From positions 12,726,908 to 12,790,907 of the forward strand of contig NC_057751.1 of assembly GCF_004010195.1 (NCBI RefSeq): DNA of 64,000 nt, in the 5' to 3' direction. The DNA comes from Chiloscyllium plagiosum (lineage: Eukaryota). The notes beneath the pieces are model-generated. The model was not told the origin of the DNA and searched no databases. It saw only the letters and a list, made by a program, of their open reading frames with translations. This document shows positions 1 through 11,308 of the stretch, in pieces; the stretch's first letter is position 1, and every line of letters begins with the position of its first letter. The translations under genes were made by a program, and so were the position numbers.

Positions 1-758
1 TGATTCACTTTGGAAGGAGGAAGAGGAATGCAGAGTACTGAGCTAATGGTACGATTCTTGGTAGTGTAGATGAGCAGAGAGATCTCGGTGTCCATGTTCA
101 TAGATCCCTCAAAGTTGCCACCCAGGTTAATAGGGTTGTTAAGAAGGCATACAGTGTGTTAGCTTTTATTAGGAGAGGGATCGAGTTTCCGGACCTTATG
201 GTCACGCTGGAGCTGTACAAAACTCGGTGCCGCGGCACTGGGAATATTGTCTGCAGTTTTGGGCACCGCATTGTGCGAAGGAGGTGGAAGCTTTGTAAAG
301 GGCTCAGAGGAGATTTACTAGGATGTTGCCTGGTATGGAGGCAAGGTCTTACGAGGAAAGGTTGAGGGAGTTGAGGCTGTTTTCATTAGAGAGAAGAAGG
401 TTGAGAGGTGACTTAATTGAGACATATAAGATAATCAGAGGGTTAGATCGGACGGAGAGTGAGAGCCTTTTTCTTCGGATGGCGATGGTTAGCACGAGGG
501 GGCATAGCTTCAAATTGAGTTGTGGTAGATATGGGACAGATTTCAGAGATAGTTTCTTTATTCAGAGATTGGTAGGGGTGTGGAACACACTGCTCGCAAC
601 AGTTGTAGAATCACCAACTTTACGGGCATTTAAATGGTCATGGCACAGGTATATGGACGAGAATGGAATAGTGTAGGTTAGATGGGCCTCAGATTAGTTT
701 CACAGGGATGCACAACATCGAGGGGCGAAGGGCCAGTACTGCGCTGTAATGTTCTATG
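1..758 (+). mobile_element. CR1-clade LINE, 3' part of ORF2 and 3' tail (degenerate)
   Basis: ORFs 156-365 and 323-676 read as CR1 RT C-terminus (YEERLRELRLFSLERRRLRGDLIETYKIIRGLDR...TRGHSFKL); ends in GCTGTAATGTTCTATG tail. Confidence 0.9.
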
Positions 759-2002
759 GAAATAAAATGTTTGAAATTAGCAATGAATATTTTCGAATAT
801 TGTAATCACGAGGGAAAGCGCAACCTTGCCTCAGTGGTGGGACGCATTCAGTGTTCTTATCAATTGTGTCCTCTAAATTCTTACACACAAACCCATAGAA
901 GAGTCATGCTGAACTCGAATCATTAACGCTGTTTTGCTTTGCATAGATGCTGCCAGACCTACTGCGTGTTTTTTTTTCCAGCTTTCCAACATCGGCAATG
1001 CTTTATATTCGCTTTCTCCAAAACCTTGCCAAGTTTCTCACGTGGATTTGCTGCATGAGCAGTTTTTGTTTGGCTTATGAAAATCTTCAAAAAGTCTGAT
1101 ACTGTTTCACTGAACACAACGGCTTATTTAATATATTCACTTGCATGATGGTTTAAGATGAACATCTTTGAATTGATTTTTCTGTGTCTTTGCACAAAAC
1201 CCGTGTTAAATATCGGGCATATGGACAGCGGTACACAAAGTAATCACTTCAAATAATGACCAAGATAGTAATGCGAGTGGTATGAAACTGGAAAGCTGAC
1301 AAGGTTTGCAGGGGAATGGGAAGGCGGAGAAAAAGAGACAACTGAGCATTTGTTTTCTCCCTGAAACAATGAAGAGAATGTCTCGGGAAAAGCGAGTCTC
1401 AGCTGTGCGCTTAAGCTGTGCATTTTTAGAGACTTGCTTTGGGAAAAAAGTTGTAAAGTTGAGAGATGAGATGATAGTAGCATTGTGGGAAAACCATTAA
1501 CAGTTAAATGGATGAGTGAGGACAGTGAGGACAGGTTACATGAGAATCTACAGCAGGTACATAATGATCCAGCCCCCGATGAGTGGCGGTGACCCCATTC
1601 GCCAGACGGTTGGCTTTGTTTGGTTTGCCAAAGTCAGAAATGAAATGAAAGCCCAGTTATTCCTCTGTACAAACATTGAGGGTTGTACCTGGTAGACTGC
1701 AGCGAACTAAAAAGCGTCCTCATTTATCAGACAATCGGGGAATCTTTAATGAAAAGCACATTTCCATTCTATCATGAAATTGGAGCAGAAATGCAGGAAT
1801 TCCCAAATGAATATGACTGGGTGTGTCACGACCAACGGTCTGCACTGTCGTGGGGTTACAGTCTGGTTCATCGTCTTCTTTCCATACGTTTACTCACATA
1901 ATTACTGCTCAGAGCACTATATCGAAGATTTGATGGTTACCTGCAAAAGGAGATTGTATTATACAACGGACTGAAAGAGGCAGTCGACATACATTGGACC
2001 GA

Positions 2003-2036
2003 ATGACGCCTTTTGCTCTGTCTCTTCTGATCGACG
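2003..2036 (+). CDS. Tentative first coding (signal peptide) exon of SRCR receptor gene: MTPFALSLLID(G)
   Basis: ATG at 2003, short hydrophobic run FALSLLI, phase-1 donor G|gtaaaa at 2037 compatible with the next exon. Joined product MTPFALSLLIDGTPGNSQA/RRSGNVRL has a plausible SQA cleavage site. The hydrophobic core is short, so the true first exon may lie elsewhere. Confidence 0.35.
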
Positions 2037-2677
2037 GTAAAACATTACGTTGAGGGATGGGGATAGCATGAGGTGATCTTGGACTGGACAGCATGCCAAC
2101 CCGTGTGATCTTTATGCTATGGAGGCAGTGGCCAAGGACAAAATCTTGTGTGTAAGCTGCCAGAACAGTTAATAAATCATACCTTCCCTGCAGTTTAGTG
2201 TGTTTGTTGCCTGCTGTTTCATATTAGACGATGTTGATTTTAAATTTTGATGTCCTGTAGTTAAAATAGTAAGACTTCAAGATGCGTTTGTCACTGGGAA
2301 ATGAATACAAGCTTTACAACATGATAGGTGCCTCTGTGGATGCTAACTGACCAGATTAATTAGGGCTTCTTCGAGAAAGCGGTAAACAACCTCGTCTGCT
2401 CAGTCAGAACAATGTCTGGCTTGGGTGTGAGTGTGGATATGTGAAAAGAACCAGGTCACATGTTTGCAAGTTACCAACATTGCTTCACTGCAAAAATTGT
2501 ATCATCGTTTTACATGAGTATTGCGGAAGCAGAGATAGTCATAGATATAGACATGATTTCTTCCGCAGAGTGTCAGGAAAACTTCCCTCCCCGTTTGTTG
2601 TATTTATCGCGTTTCCTTCAGACAGTTTCATGGATTGCTTGACCGGACAAACACTAATTCTCATCCTCTTATTTCAG

Positions 2678-2710
2678 GCACACCCGGGAACAGTCAGGCC
2701 CGCCGATCAG
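2678..2710 (+). CDS. 33-nt mini-exon of SRCR receptor gene: (G)TPGNSQARRS(G)
   Basis: Branch-like CACTAAT, pyrimidine tract ttctcatcctcttatttcag acceptor, CAG|gtaatc donor; 33 nt, open in phase 1-1, joins in frame to SRCR1. Confidence 0.6.
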
Positions 2711-2969
2711 GTAATCTCCCTTTCTTTCAGCTAAACTCTTTATGCTCCATTCCATCCCATTCTGGGTGAAGGCTGCCTGATAATGCCAGTGCCTTTTTGA
2801 TCACGGTTGAACCCACGGTCGGTTTTCCAGTCAGAAAGGGGACTGCGTCCTCACGCTGCTGTTTCTCATCCAGGCGGCAGACTGCTGCCCTCTGAGAGAC
2901 ACACAGACAGACAGACAATGAGGGATCCTCTGCAGTGCACCTCCATTCACGCTGCAGCCTCTCATTTTC

Positions 2970-3080
2970 CACCTCACCAATCCCCACTGACTTCCTGATC
3001 GCTGGATTATCGAGCCCGCCGTCGTATTGGCTGCGAAGGATGGAGGGCGGGGTCTGCCGCTGCCTGGGCCAATCAGCTTT
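2970..3080. promoter_or_regulatory. Candidate TATA-less promoter/enhancer: three CCAAT boxes, GC box, ETS site
   Basis: CCAAT 2977-2981, ATTGG 3026-3030, GGCCAATCAG 3067-3076, GGGCGGGG 3045-3052, CTTCCTG 2991-2997, locally CpG-rich. Motif evidence only. Confidence 0.4.
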
Positions 3081-3372
3081 GGGCACGGCGAGTCACAGTG
3101 CCGACCTCTCGGAGCTGAACAAGGGACCTGCTCAATCTTTCAGCAGCACAGAGCAATTGTGTTCGTGGGAACTTTGCTCTGATTCTCACCCACTGCTCAT
3201 TCACACTGTTTATAATATGTCCCTCTCCGTGTCGTCATGTTTTATATTTATTCCGGATTTATCTCGAGATTTAGAAACAAACCAATGTTCCCAAAGATTC
3301 CTCGCTTCCCTGAGAATGGAGGGGCCAGTAAACTGCGGGTGGTCATCGTGATGTGTCGTTAATGTTTTACAG

Positions 3373-3684
3373 GGAACGTGAGGCTGGTGAATGGGGGCAG
3401 TCCGTGCGCAGGTAGACTGGAGATTCTTCACCAGGGTAGGTGGGGGACTGTGGGTGGTTACAACTGGGACCTGAAGGACGCCGCTGTCGTGTGCCGGGAG
3501 CTGGGCTGCGGGATGGCGCTGTCCGCACCGCGCGGGGCTCACTTTGGAGAGGGCTCGGGTACCGTTGTGACCTCTAATGTTCAGTGCAGTCGAACCGAGT
3601 CTGCTCTGCGGGAGTGTACTTCAAATTCGTGGAGTCACAGAACTGGGTGGTTACACTCTAACGATGCTGGAGTCATCTGCTCAG
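3373..3684 (+). CDS. SRCR receptor exon, SRCR domain 1 (group B, lacks C2 and C7)
   Basis: tttacag acceptor, TCAG|gtaaaa donor, 312 nt; VRLVNGGSPCAGRLEILHQGRWGTVGGYNWD...VVCRELGCG...NDAGVICS. Confidence 0.93.
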
Positions 3685-4419
3685 GTAAAAAATCTCTCTG
3701 CGTCCTCTCATCTCGGTGGTGGGTCTGTGATCTTCCCGAACATGACTAAAAAAACAAGTGAAACGCAGTACCCCAGAAACCAAGACATGTAATGACAATA
3801 ATTCCAGAGTTCTCCAGTGATTATTGGGTTGTTATGAAGACAACTGTTTGTTTTTCGTTGATGGGAAATTTTGAAATGTTTAGTTTGAATAAACATTCTG
3901 CATTAGGAGCAGGCAAGGCTCAATATTGTTCAATCTTCTATTGCGATTTGCCCTGAAGATGCAAGGAACGAGCTAAACTGCTGGAAATCCAATAAACCCA
4001 GCAACCATAATCGGGCATGAATAACCAGAGGGTAGATTCAGGGAGAAGGCGATAAGTGTCGGAGGGTGGTGGGGGGCGGCTTGCTGGGGATCTACAGTAA
4101 ATAAAGGTAAAGGCTCTATATTACCACCCTCTCACTGATAATGGTTCCTGAGCTCATGGTTCACGGTGAGATCATACTTGGACAGAAATTAAGGAGCTCA
4201 GAGTGGATCGAGAGGGTCTCGGCTCTCGGGCAGGTAACACGGCAGACAGCGGCACAGTAACATCCAACCTCAGTCGGAAATGTCGCGTCATTTTTTCTGA
4301 TATGTTGATATATAATAAATAAAAACAAGGACAATCTCTGAGACAGGGAAAGTATCAATCCTTTATTTGTCTTATGGTCTTAAAACAAATCATAGTACAG
4401 CTCGAGACTGAACGAAGGA

Positions 4420-4610
4420 GCTGAGTTGGCTGAGTGTACCTCTTGCTACCCAGAATGATGCCGTCAGCATTGGTTCAATTCCCACAAGGCTGAGGTTACC
4501 ATGGAGGTATTTCCTTCTCAGCTGCCTCCCTTGTTCTCGGCTTGGTGACCATCACATGTCTTCGCTCTCTCTCTCTCACACAGGCAGCCCTGTGGTCCAG
4601 TGCTTTATAG
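4420..4610 (+). mobile_element. Old tRNA-type SINE fragment
   Basis: B-box-like GGTTCAATTCCC followed by GGCTGAGGTTACCATG body, which I recall as a common elasmobranch SINE; degenerate. Confidence 0.4.
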
Positions 4611-4702
4611 AGTGATATCTGGACGTCTGTTGTGAGGAAACAATATCCCCATAAGGGGTACAATTTAAACATAAAGGCCTGTTTTCTCTAGACCTGAGAA
4701 GA

Positions 4703-5036
4703 GTGGGCGGCACGGTGGCGTGGGCGGCATGGTGGCACAGTGGTTAGCACTGCTGCCTCACAGCGCCAGAGACCCGGGTTCAATTCCCGCCTCAGGCGAC
4801 TGACTGTGTGGAGTTTGCACGTTCTCCCCGTGTCTGCGTGGGTTTTCTCCGGGTGCTCCGGTTTCCTCTCACAGTCCAAAGATGTGCAGGGTCAGGTGAA
4901 TTGGCCAGGCTAAATTGCCCGTAGTGTTAGGTAAGGGGTAAATGTAGGGGTATGGGTGGGTTTCGCTTCGGCGGGTCGGTGTGGACTTGTTGGGCCGAAG
5001 GGCCCGTTTCCACACTGTAATCTAATCTAATCTAAT
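4703..5036 (+). mobile_element. HE1/V-SINE-like tRNA-derived SINE, full length, nested in an old CR1 fragment
   Basis: A-box TGGCACAGTGG, B-box GGTTCAATTCC, V-domain-like core, CR1-like 3' end GGGCCGAAGGGCCCGTTTCCACACTG, (TAATC)n tail; 17-bp head duplication at 4703-4736. Flanks read as CR1 LFSLDLRR / NNLI*VFKMLTG. Confidence 0.9.
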
Positions 5037-5924
5037 TAAGCAATAATCTTATCTAAGTCTTCAAGATGTTAACAGGAAAAAGAGGACGGATGAAGGTGAA
5101 TTATTTCTGCTGGTTGGCGATATTGAACGAAGGGGATATCTGAAATTTCAGGCCTGACATTCAAGACAAAGGGTGGTGAAAGGTTTTGAGCTCGCTTCCA
5201 CAAGCACCAGTGGATGTTGGATCAGTTGTTACTTTTAAAAGTGTAGTAAAAAAAATGTAAGTCACGGTATTTAGGGATATGTGCCAAAGGCAGGTAAGTG
5301 GAGTTAGACTAGACATCACCCATGATCTCATTGAGTAACATAACAGTCTGCAAGAGTTGAATGGTCAACTTCCTTTCCCATATTCCGGCATTTCAGTCAA
5401 TAAACAGATGTTCAAGATATGAAAACAAAATGCTGCACCAGAAGATCTCATAGTCCCCATTCCCCTGTAATCCAACTCCATTCTACTTTGAAAATGTAAT
5501 TGTTTTATATTTCACGGTGCACTTGCAGTCTTCTCAGGAATTATTATTCCGGAGGAGTGCGGGAACAGAACATTAGAGTGCTCATAGTAACTGAACATTC
5601 TCTAGAATCTATGACACATTGATTTCAATTCATCAGCATTTGACTTGCTCAGTAGCGAATGTGTTGCAGTCAGAATTAATTCCCCAACGCTCAAGTGAAA
5701 GTCAGGAAACACGCAAAATTCTCTTAACAAAAGGTTGAGTGGTGACAAGATTGGAAATTGATAACACCAGAACGTTTCCACGCACTCACACACAATGATT
5801 TAGGCATATCACCCAAGGATAAGCAAACAGAGAAATCGAATTCTTGATGTGATTGTAGAATCTCTCATCACTTATGACTATAACGACATTAAACAATGAA
5901 AGTTTGTTTTAATTCATTTTCCAG

Positions 5925-6179
5925 GAAATGTCAGGCCCAGACTGGTCCCAGAAAGCACGCCCTGTGCCGGGAGGCTGGAGATTCACTGGGATGGAACATG
6001 GAGGACGGTTTGCAAAGATGGGTCCTGGTCCAGAGAGAATGACGAAGTTATTTGTGAGCTGCTGGACTGTGGCTCTGCAGTGACAATACCGTTGACTTCT
6101 CACTTTGGAGCAGGCTCAGGTCCTGTCATTGGGCCACCAGACTGTGGGCACCAGCGGGACATTGAGGTCATCTGTTCAG
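5925..6179 (+). CDS. SRCR receptor exon, SRCR domain 2 (shortened, 85 codons, lacks C5-C6 segment)
   Basis: ttttccag acceptor, TCAG|gtacaa donor, 255 nt open frame: (G)NVRPRLVPESTPCAGRLEIHWDGTWRTVCKDGSWSRENDEVICELLDCGSAVTIPLTSHFGAGSGPVIGPPDCGHQRDIEVICS. Only partly shown by the ORF track. Confidence 0.88.
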
Positions 6180-6478
6180 GTACAAGCTCCAATTGTTGTG
6201 GAAACCTACATGTTGCCTTCATATATTGTACATCCCTTCTTAGGTTGGAAACATGCATTTCTTAATGAAGGAAAGGGGTGCATTTAGACAGCACAGAGTA
6301 TAATATGCAATCACTTTTAAAAGCAGAGATAGACTGTTCCATGTGTAATCATCAATTCATTAGTCTTTTGGCTGACTTGCAAACTTAGAAGTTTATTAAA
6401 ACTTTTTAGTCTATTGATTTGAAGGACAAAACCAACAGGTTTGCCAAATGAAAAATAGAGAGCTCTCACGTTCAGACA

Positions 6479-6783
6479 GAGATTACATTACATTTTTTAG
6501 ATTACATTACAGTGTGGAAACAGGCCCTTCGGCCCAATAAGTCCACACCGACCCGCCGAAGCGCAACCCACCCACACCCCTACATTTATCCCTTCCCTAA
6601 CACTACGGGCAATTTAGCACGGCCAATTCACCTGACCTGCACATCTTTGGACTGTGGGAGGAAACCGGAGCACCCGGAGGAAACCCACGCAGACACGGGG
6701 AGAATGTGCAAATTCCACACAGTCAGTCGCCTGAGGCGGGAATTGAACCCGGGCCTCTGGCGCTGTGAGGCAGCAGTGCTAAC
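6479..6783 (-). mobile_element. HE1/V-SINE-like SINE, slightly 5'-truncated
   Basis: Reverse complement of the 4703-5036 element, roughly 95% identical over ~277 bp by eye. Confidence 0.9.
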
Positions 6784-6789
6784 CTCTGA

Positions 6790-7720
6790 TTCTCCACTGA
6801 AGCCAGTGCAATCGCACCTTTCCTATAACTACATGCAGTTGTCCAGTTGTGGACTGACAAGGATTTTCTACAGTTCCAGCACAATTTATTGCTCTTGAAA
6901 TATTTCATGTTCTTGAAATATTAGCACCAGTGCATACATTGTCCCTCTATCTACTTTCTTTAATATCCCATCAGTTTCAGGGAACTTCCCATTCTTGAAC
7001 CTATACTTTTATCCAGACATATTTATTGCGTTTATTTCCTCCCGATCCCATATAATGTCTTGATTATTTACTATATTTAGGATTCTATTTGTGCCTTCTA
7101 CCATAACGATTGATTCAAAGTTTCTATTCAATTCCTCTTCATTTCCTCGATCATGATATTCTCCCGAGCTTCAAATCTGGTGGGGTTACGTTCACTTTGA
7201 ATTCTCACTTCCGTAAAAAAGAGTATGTAAGCTCCTTTGATATTAATTCTTAATTTCTCCTGAAATCTATTTTCCAACATGTATATTTTTCAGTTATTCT
7301 TATTGGTTTTGAACCATTTCTAGAGCCCTTCTGTCTTATTTAGGTGGACCCATGCCGTGAGCCAGCTGCCATTGTTCATCAACTGCTTTTTCTATTAAAC
7401 TCTTTTCATCGTCTGCTGCAAATAAACCTGCCATCATTCCTTCGTACTTCACTTTATTTAGGTTTCGTGCAGTTATTTCTGGCTGAAATTTCTCATGCTC
7501 AAATTGAATGCGGGCTTCAATGGAATCGTCTTTGTTTCTTTGGGGATCTTTCACCCTAAAATTACATTTACCCTGAAAAAATCTGCTTCATGTCTCATCA
7601 AAAGTTCCAAAGTAGCCACGATAATTCATACAGTGTGTTCAGTTTTCTGTGTCACCACGTATCAAGAGGATGCATGCCCTGGAATTGACCCCCAGTCCTT
7701 TCCCGATAGATGTGATGAAG
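6790..7720 (-). mobile_element. Old CR1 ORF2 remnants
   Basis: Minus ORF 7336-7554 (DSIEARIQFEHEK...LNKVKYEGM...EQW) resembles the CR1 segment at 24250-24480 (HNMVEFSLQFE...LNKSNYEGM...EQKW). Confidence 0.6.
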
Positions 7721-8177
7721 GGTAAATCTTGCAAGCGGAGGGGAAGAAACTGAGGAAAGGCTGCTTTAAGGGATGAATGTCGAAAAATTGTGAATTTTGC
7801 AAAAGCTCTTTAAAAAGTCCATGTCGATGTGATAACGTTTAAAATTTTGAAAAGAGAAAAAAAAACAGAAAGAAATACTTTTAGTGACCAAATGTCCTTC
7901 TCAACAGATATTTGCAAATTCTCATTGGTAATATGGTGTAAGATCATAACAAGAACCTTGCACACACTCCGTGACAATCCAATCAATACAGCGGTATTAC
8001 TGACATGCGTGTAATGAATATTTCCAATGGGGTTCGGGATGGGTTTGTGCTTAGGGAAGCATAATGATAATTGGGCCACAACCGAAATATACACACAATT
8101 AGTCATGAACATTTCGGTGAATCAAATGCGTACGCCTTCATAAATCATTTGCATGTTTATGATTAATTATTATTCAG

Positions 8178-8492
8178 GTCGCAGAGTTCCCCGGCTTGTA
8201 GATGGAGAGTCTCAGTGCTCGGGCAGACTTGAGATGCTTTACGCTGGGAATTGGGAAACAGTGTGTGACCTTCACTGGGATTTGAACAATGCTAATGTGG
8301 TCTGCGCTCAGCTTAACTGTGGAGTCGCCCTGTCCATTCCGACAAGAATTCGTTTCGGGAATGGCACTGGGCCAATACGGAGAAATCGCTTGGAATGTAA
8401 AGGCAGCGAGAAAAGCCTATTGGATTGTCCTCTTTCTCCAGTATCTCAGTACGAATGCACCCACAGAGATGATGTCAGTGTGATCTGTTCTA
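8178..8492 (+). CDS. SRCR receptor exon, SRCR domain 3 (8 Cys)
   Basis: tattcag acceptor, TCTA|gtgagt donor, 315 nt; PRLVDGESQCSGRLEM...WETVCDLHWD...ECTHRDDVSVICS. Confidence 0.93.
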
Positions 8493-10478
8493 GTGAGTAC
8501 AAACCGACAAGAATGGGACACAACTTGTTCCAGAATATCAGCAAAAATGGTGTTAGTGGCGTTATTGTACTCATCTGCAGTTGGGCCAGATGTAAATCTG
8601 TCCTCACTGTTCGCTATTAATGTAATACATTTTGTGCAACAGGACAAATAAATCCACCTTTATAATTCTGAAAATCAGATTCCTTCTGGAATACGCAGAC
8701 ATGTGGATATTTTAGACCATCAGTTCCTCCTGCGCAGTTGATATAATGTCCCTTGTGAAACAATACAACTGGCCTGCACTGCCACAGTTCTTGTGCAGAC
8801 ACTTCAGAGACGATGGCACTAGATTAATTTTTCCATAAGTACCTCATTATCTGATAGCTATCTTCAGTAAACATCAATTGGTCCAACTCTAGTTGAAAAT
8901 CTTTCAATCTAATACAAGTACCAGAAATGTATTTGCAATATACTTTGATTTAATAGTATGTCGGGCACTTGATGCATGGAAGGTGAATGTCATTAATTAG
9001 AAGTTGACTTCATGAATGACACCTTATGTCATACATGATTAACTATAAAACCATAAATATATCCTGTACTTTCAATGCGCACCGTGCTAAAGAACTTGCA
9101 ATGTACTGACAGAACGTCATTTCCTCCACTTTCTGCAGTCAGTGAGATTCTTTTTTTTAAAAAAATAGCTTGATAACTATTGCTTAGATTCTGGCATATG
9201 TGACGTCACCGAATAGCCACATAACCATAGCTTAATGACCCCATAATTCAGTTTGGAATGCTGTGAGAGAAATAAATATTATCCAGCACACCGGGGAATA
9301 AATCCACTTCTCTTTGAACGAACCCAACAGCCACAACGTGAACAGATTGATGGAGCTCGGTGTAATGTCTGATCTGAAAGTCATTGCTCTTAATAGCACA
9401 CTCCTTTGCTCAAACTCTGGGCTGAGTCTCCAATCTTGTGATCAGGAGGCCAGTGTGATACTGACCATACTGACAATCACACAGCCTTTCAACTATTTAT
9501 GGCGCGGGACTTCGAGTGAAAAACAGTGAATTAGTGGGCGGCTGTGCCCGAGTGTTTCTCAGTCCTATCAAGCCATAGATTGGGATAATTTATTATAGAA
9601 TCAACACACATTTCCACAAATTTACTTGATGAGAAAACTGTCCATACAACGCAGAATATGATATACAACAACTGGTGCAGATTCAGTCATTTAATTCAAA
9701 TGAGCTTGATCTGCACCTCAGCTCCACACAGATGTATTTGATTCATGCCCCTGCATAGTTTCACCAAAAAAAAATCCATTGATTGTAATCTTATTATTTT
9801 CAACTGATCGAAGTAAACAAAAACACTTGTTCTTCGGAAGTGGGTAGCAATATTCCTGAAGGCAACTTCATCTCCTTTCTAAATTGAGTCCTAAACCCAA
9901 ACCCAGTATCGGCAACCGCTCCGGAAGTGGCCATACCTCCATCACAATGTTTGCTGAGAACTGAATAAGGCTGAGCTCCATTCACAATTTCTCAGGCAGA
10001 AAAGAGATCATTGGCAGCAAAAGCTGAACATTATCCAATTTGAAGTCTGGAATTAACATTTACACCAGATGAGTATGAGATATTGAGAGTGATGATTTCC
10101 AACATGACATAGTCTGAGCAATCTCTCTTGGCAGTAAATTGGCATTACCAGTATTCCAGGGATCATAGCACTGGTATGTCATTCTTGATAAGACATTCAC
10201 CTTTGACCCGTCACGTAAAGGTAATGGCTAATGAGCAGATCAAATGGTCCCAAATTTGCGTTAACTTGCCCTGTGTGGAGAACAGGTATACTCGTCAACT
10301 CTCTAAAATGTAGTCACTACAGAAACAAATGGTGGAAAGAATTACCTACAAGCGTTGTGGGCAATTATCAATTAAGATTCCACCACCAACGTTAACAATA
10401 GCTGCCCCTGTGAAAGCTCTTCGTGATGTTTTGCTGGCTGCTCCTGGACTCTGTCTCTTAATGCCTTTCTTCTTACAG

Positions 10479-10793
10479 ATGAAAGGTGGCCACTCAGGTT
10501 GACACATGGTGGAAGTCGGTGTGATGGAAGAGTGGAGATTTACCAGGACGGCAATTGGGGTCAATTACTGGACAAAGGGTGGGACCTGAACGATGCTAAC
10601 GTGGTCTGTAGGCAGTTAGGCTGTGGCGTCGCCATAGCCGCTTACAACTCTTTAAAGTACGGACAACGCGGAGGGACAGTCTGGGCAAATAACATCCAGT
10701 GTAAGGGAAATGAAACGCATCTACGGAACTGCGGCTCAGTCCGGTTGGATTCTCCTGTCCCCGACAGCATTGGCGTAGGGGTCCTGTGTTCAG
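10479..10793 (+). CDS. SRCR receptor exon, SRCR domain 4 (lacks C2 and C7)
   Basis: tcttacag acceptor, TCAG|gtgaat donor, 315 nt; LRLTHGGSRCDGRVEIYQDGNWGQLLDKGWD...GVGVLCS. Confidence 0.93.
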
Positions 10794-11308
10794 GTGAATG
10801 GAGTTTACTTTTACGCAAGCATGAAGATAAGTGTATCATGTGCTCAGAAAGCTGAGGAGATTGGTCACTTATCCCTCGGCGTCACTCAGAGCAGCTTTTG
10901 AAATCAGGGATCTGAGCAGATATTTACTACCCAGGAAGAAGTGAGCAAGAATGGTTTTGTCTGTCATATGTCTCATCATAACGCAGGGAATTTCACAGAA
11001 ACATAATAGGAATGAAAGAAGGGTGGAAGAATGAGATATTACAACAAGTGCCAGTCCTGGTCAGAGAGACTGACTTGAAGAGGATGTGTTCGAACTGGGA
11101 GATTGGGCAGGTTTTCAGAGGGAATTCTGGCTCACAGATATCTGAAGTAGTTCTCTTTTGTACATTCCATCTAACGTTTGTAAAACAGGTTTTGTGCGTT
11201 TCATTCGTTTATAGTTTGCAGTGGCATTTTAAAGTCATTCTTTTGCTTGTGTTGATGCGCTGTCAGTACATATTGAACATAAAATCCTCCTGAATTGATT
11301 CCTGACAG

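Noticed and set aside
2630..2710. Signal-peptide-like ORF MDCLTGQTLILILLFQAHPGTVRPADQ
   Set aside because: Ends in phase 0, incompatible with the phase-1 SRCR1 acceptor; the hydrophobic run is the translated branch point and polypyrimidine tract of the 2678 mini-exon.
4720..4800. tRNA gene
   Set aside because: The A/B boxes belong to the SINE head and continue into SINE body and tail.
4688..4879. Recurrent short ORFs MDCxRKPEHPEETHADTGR (also 6512, 29972, 32180)
   Set aside because: Antisense translation of the SINE, not a gene family.
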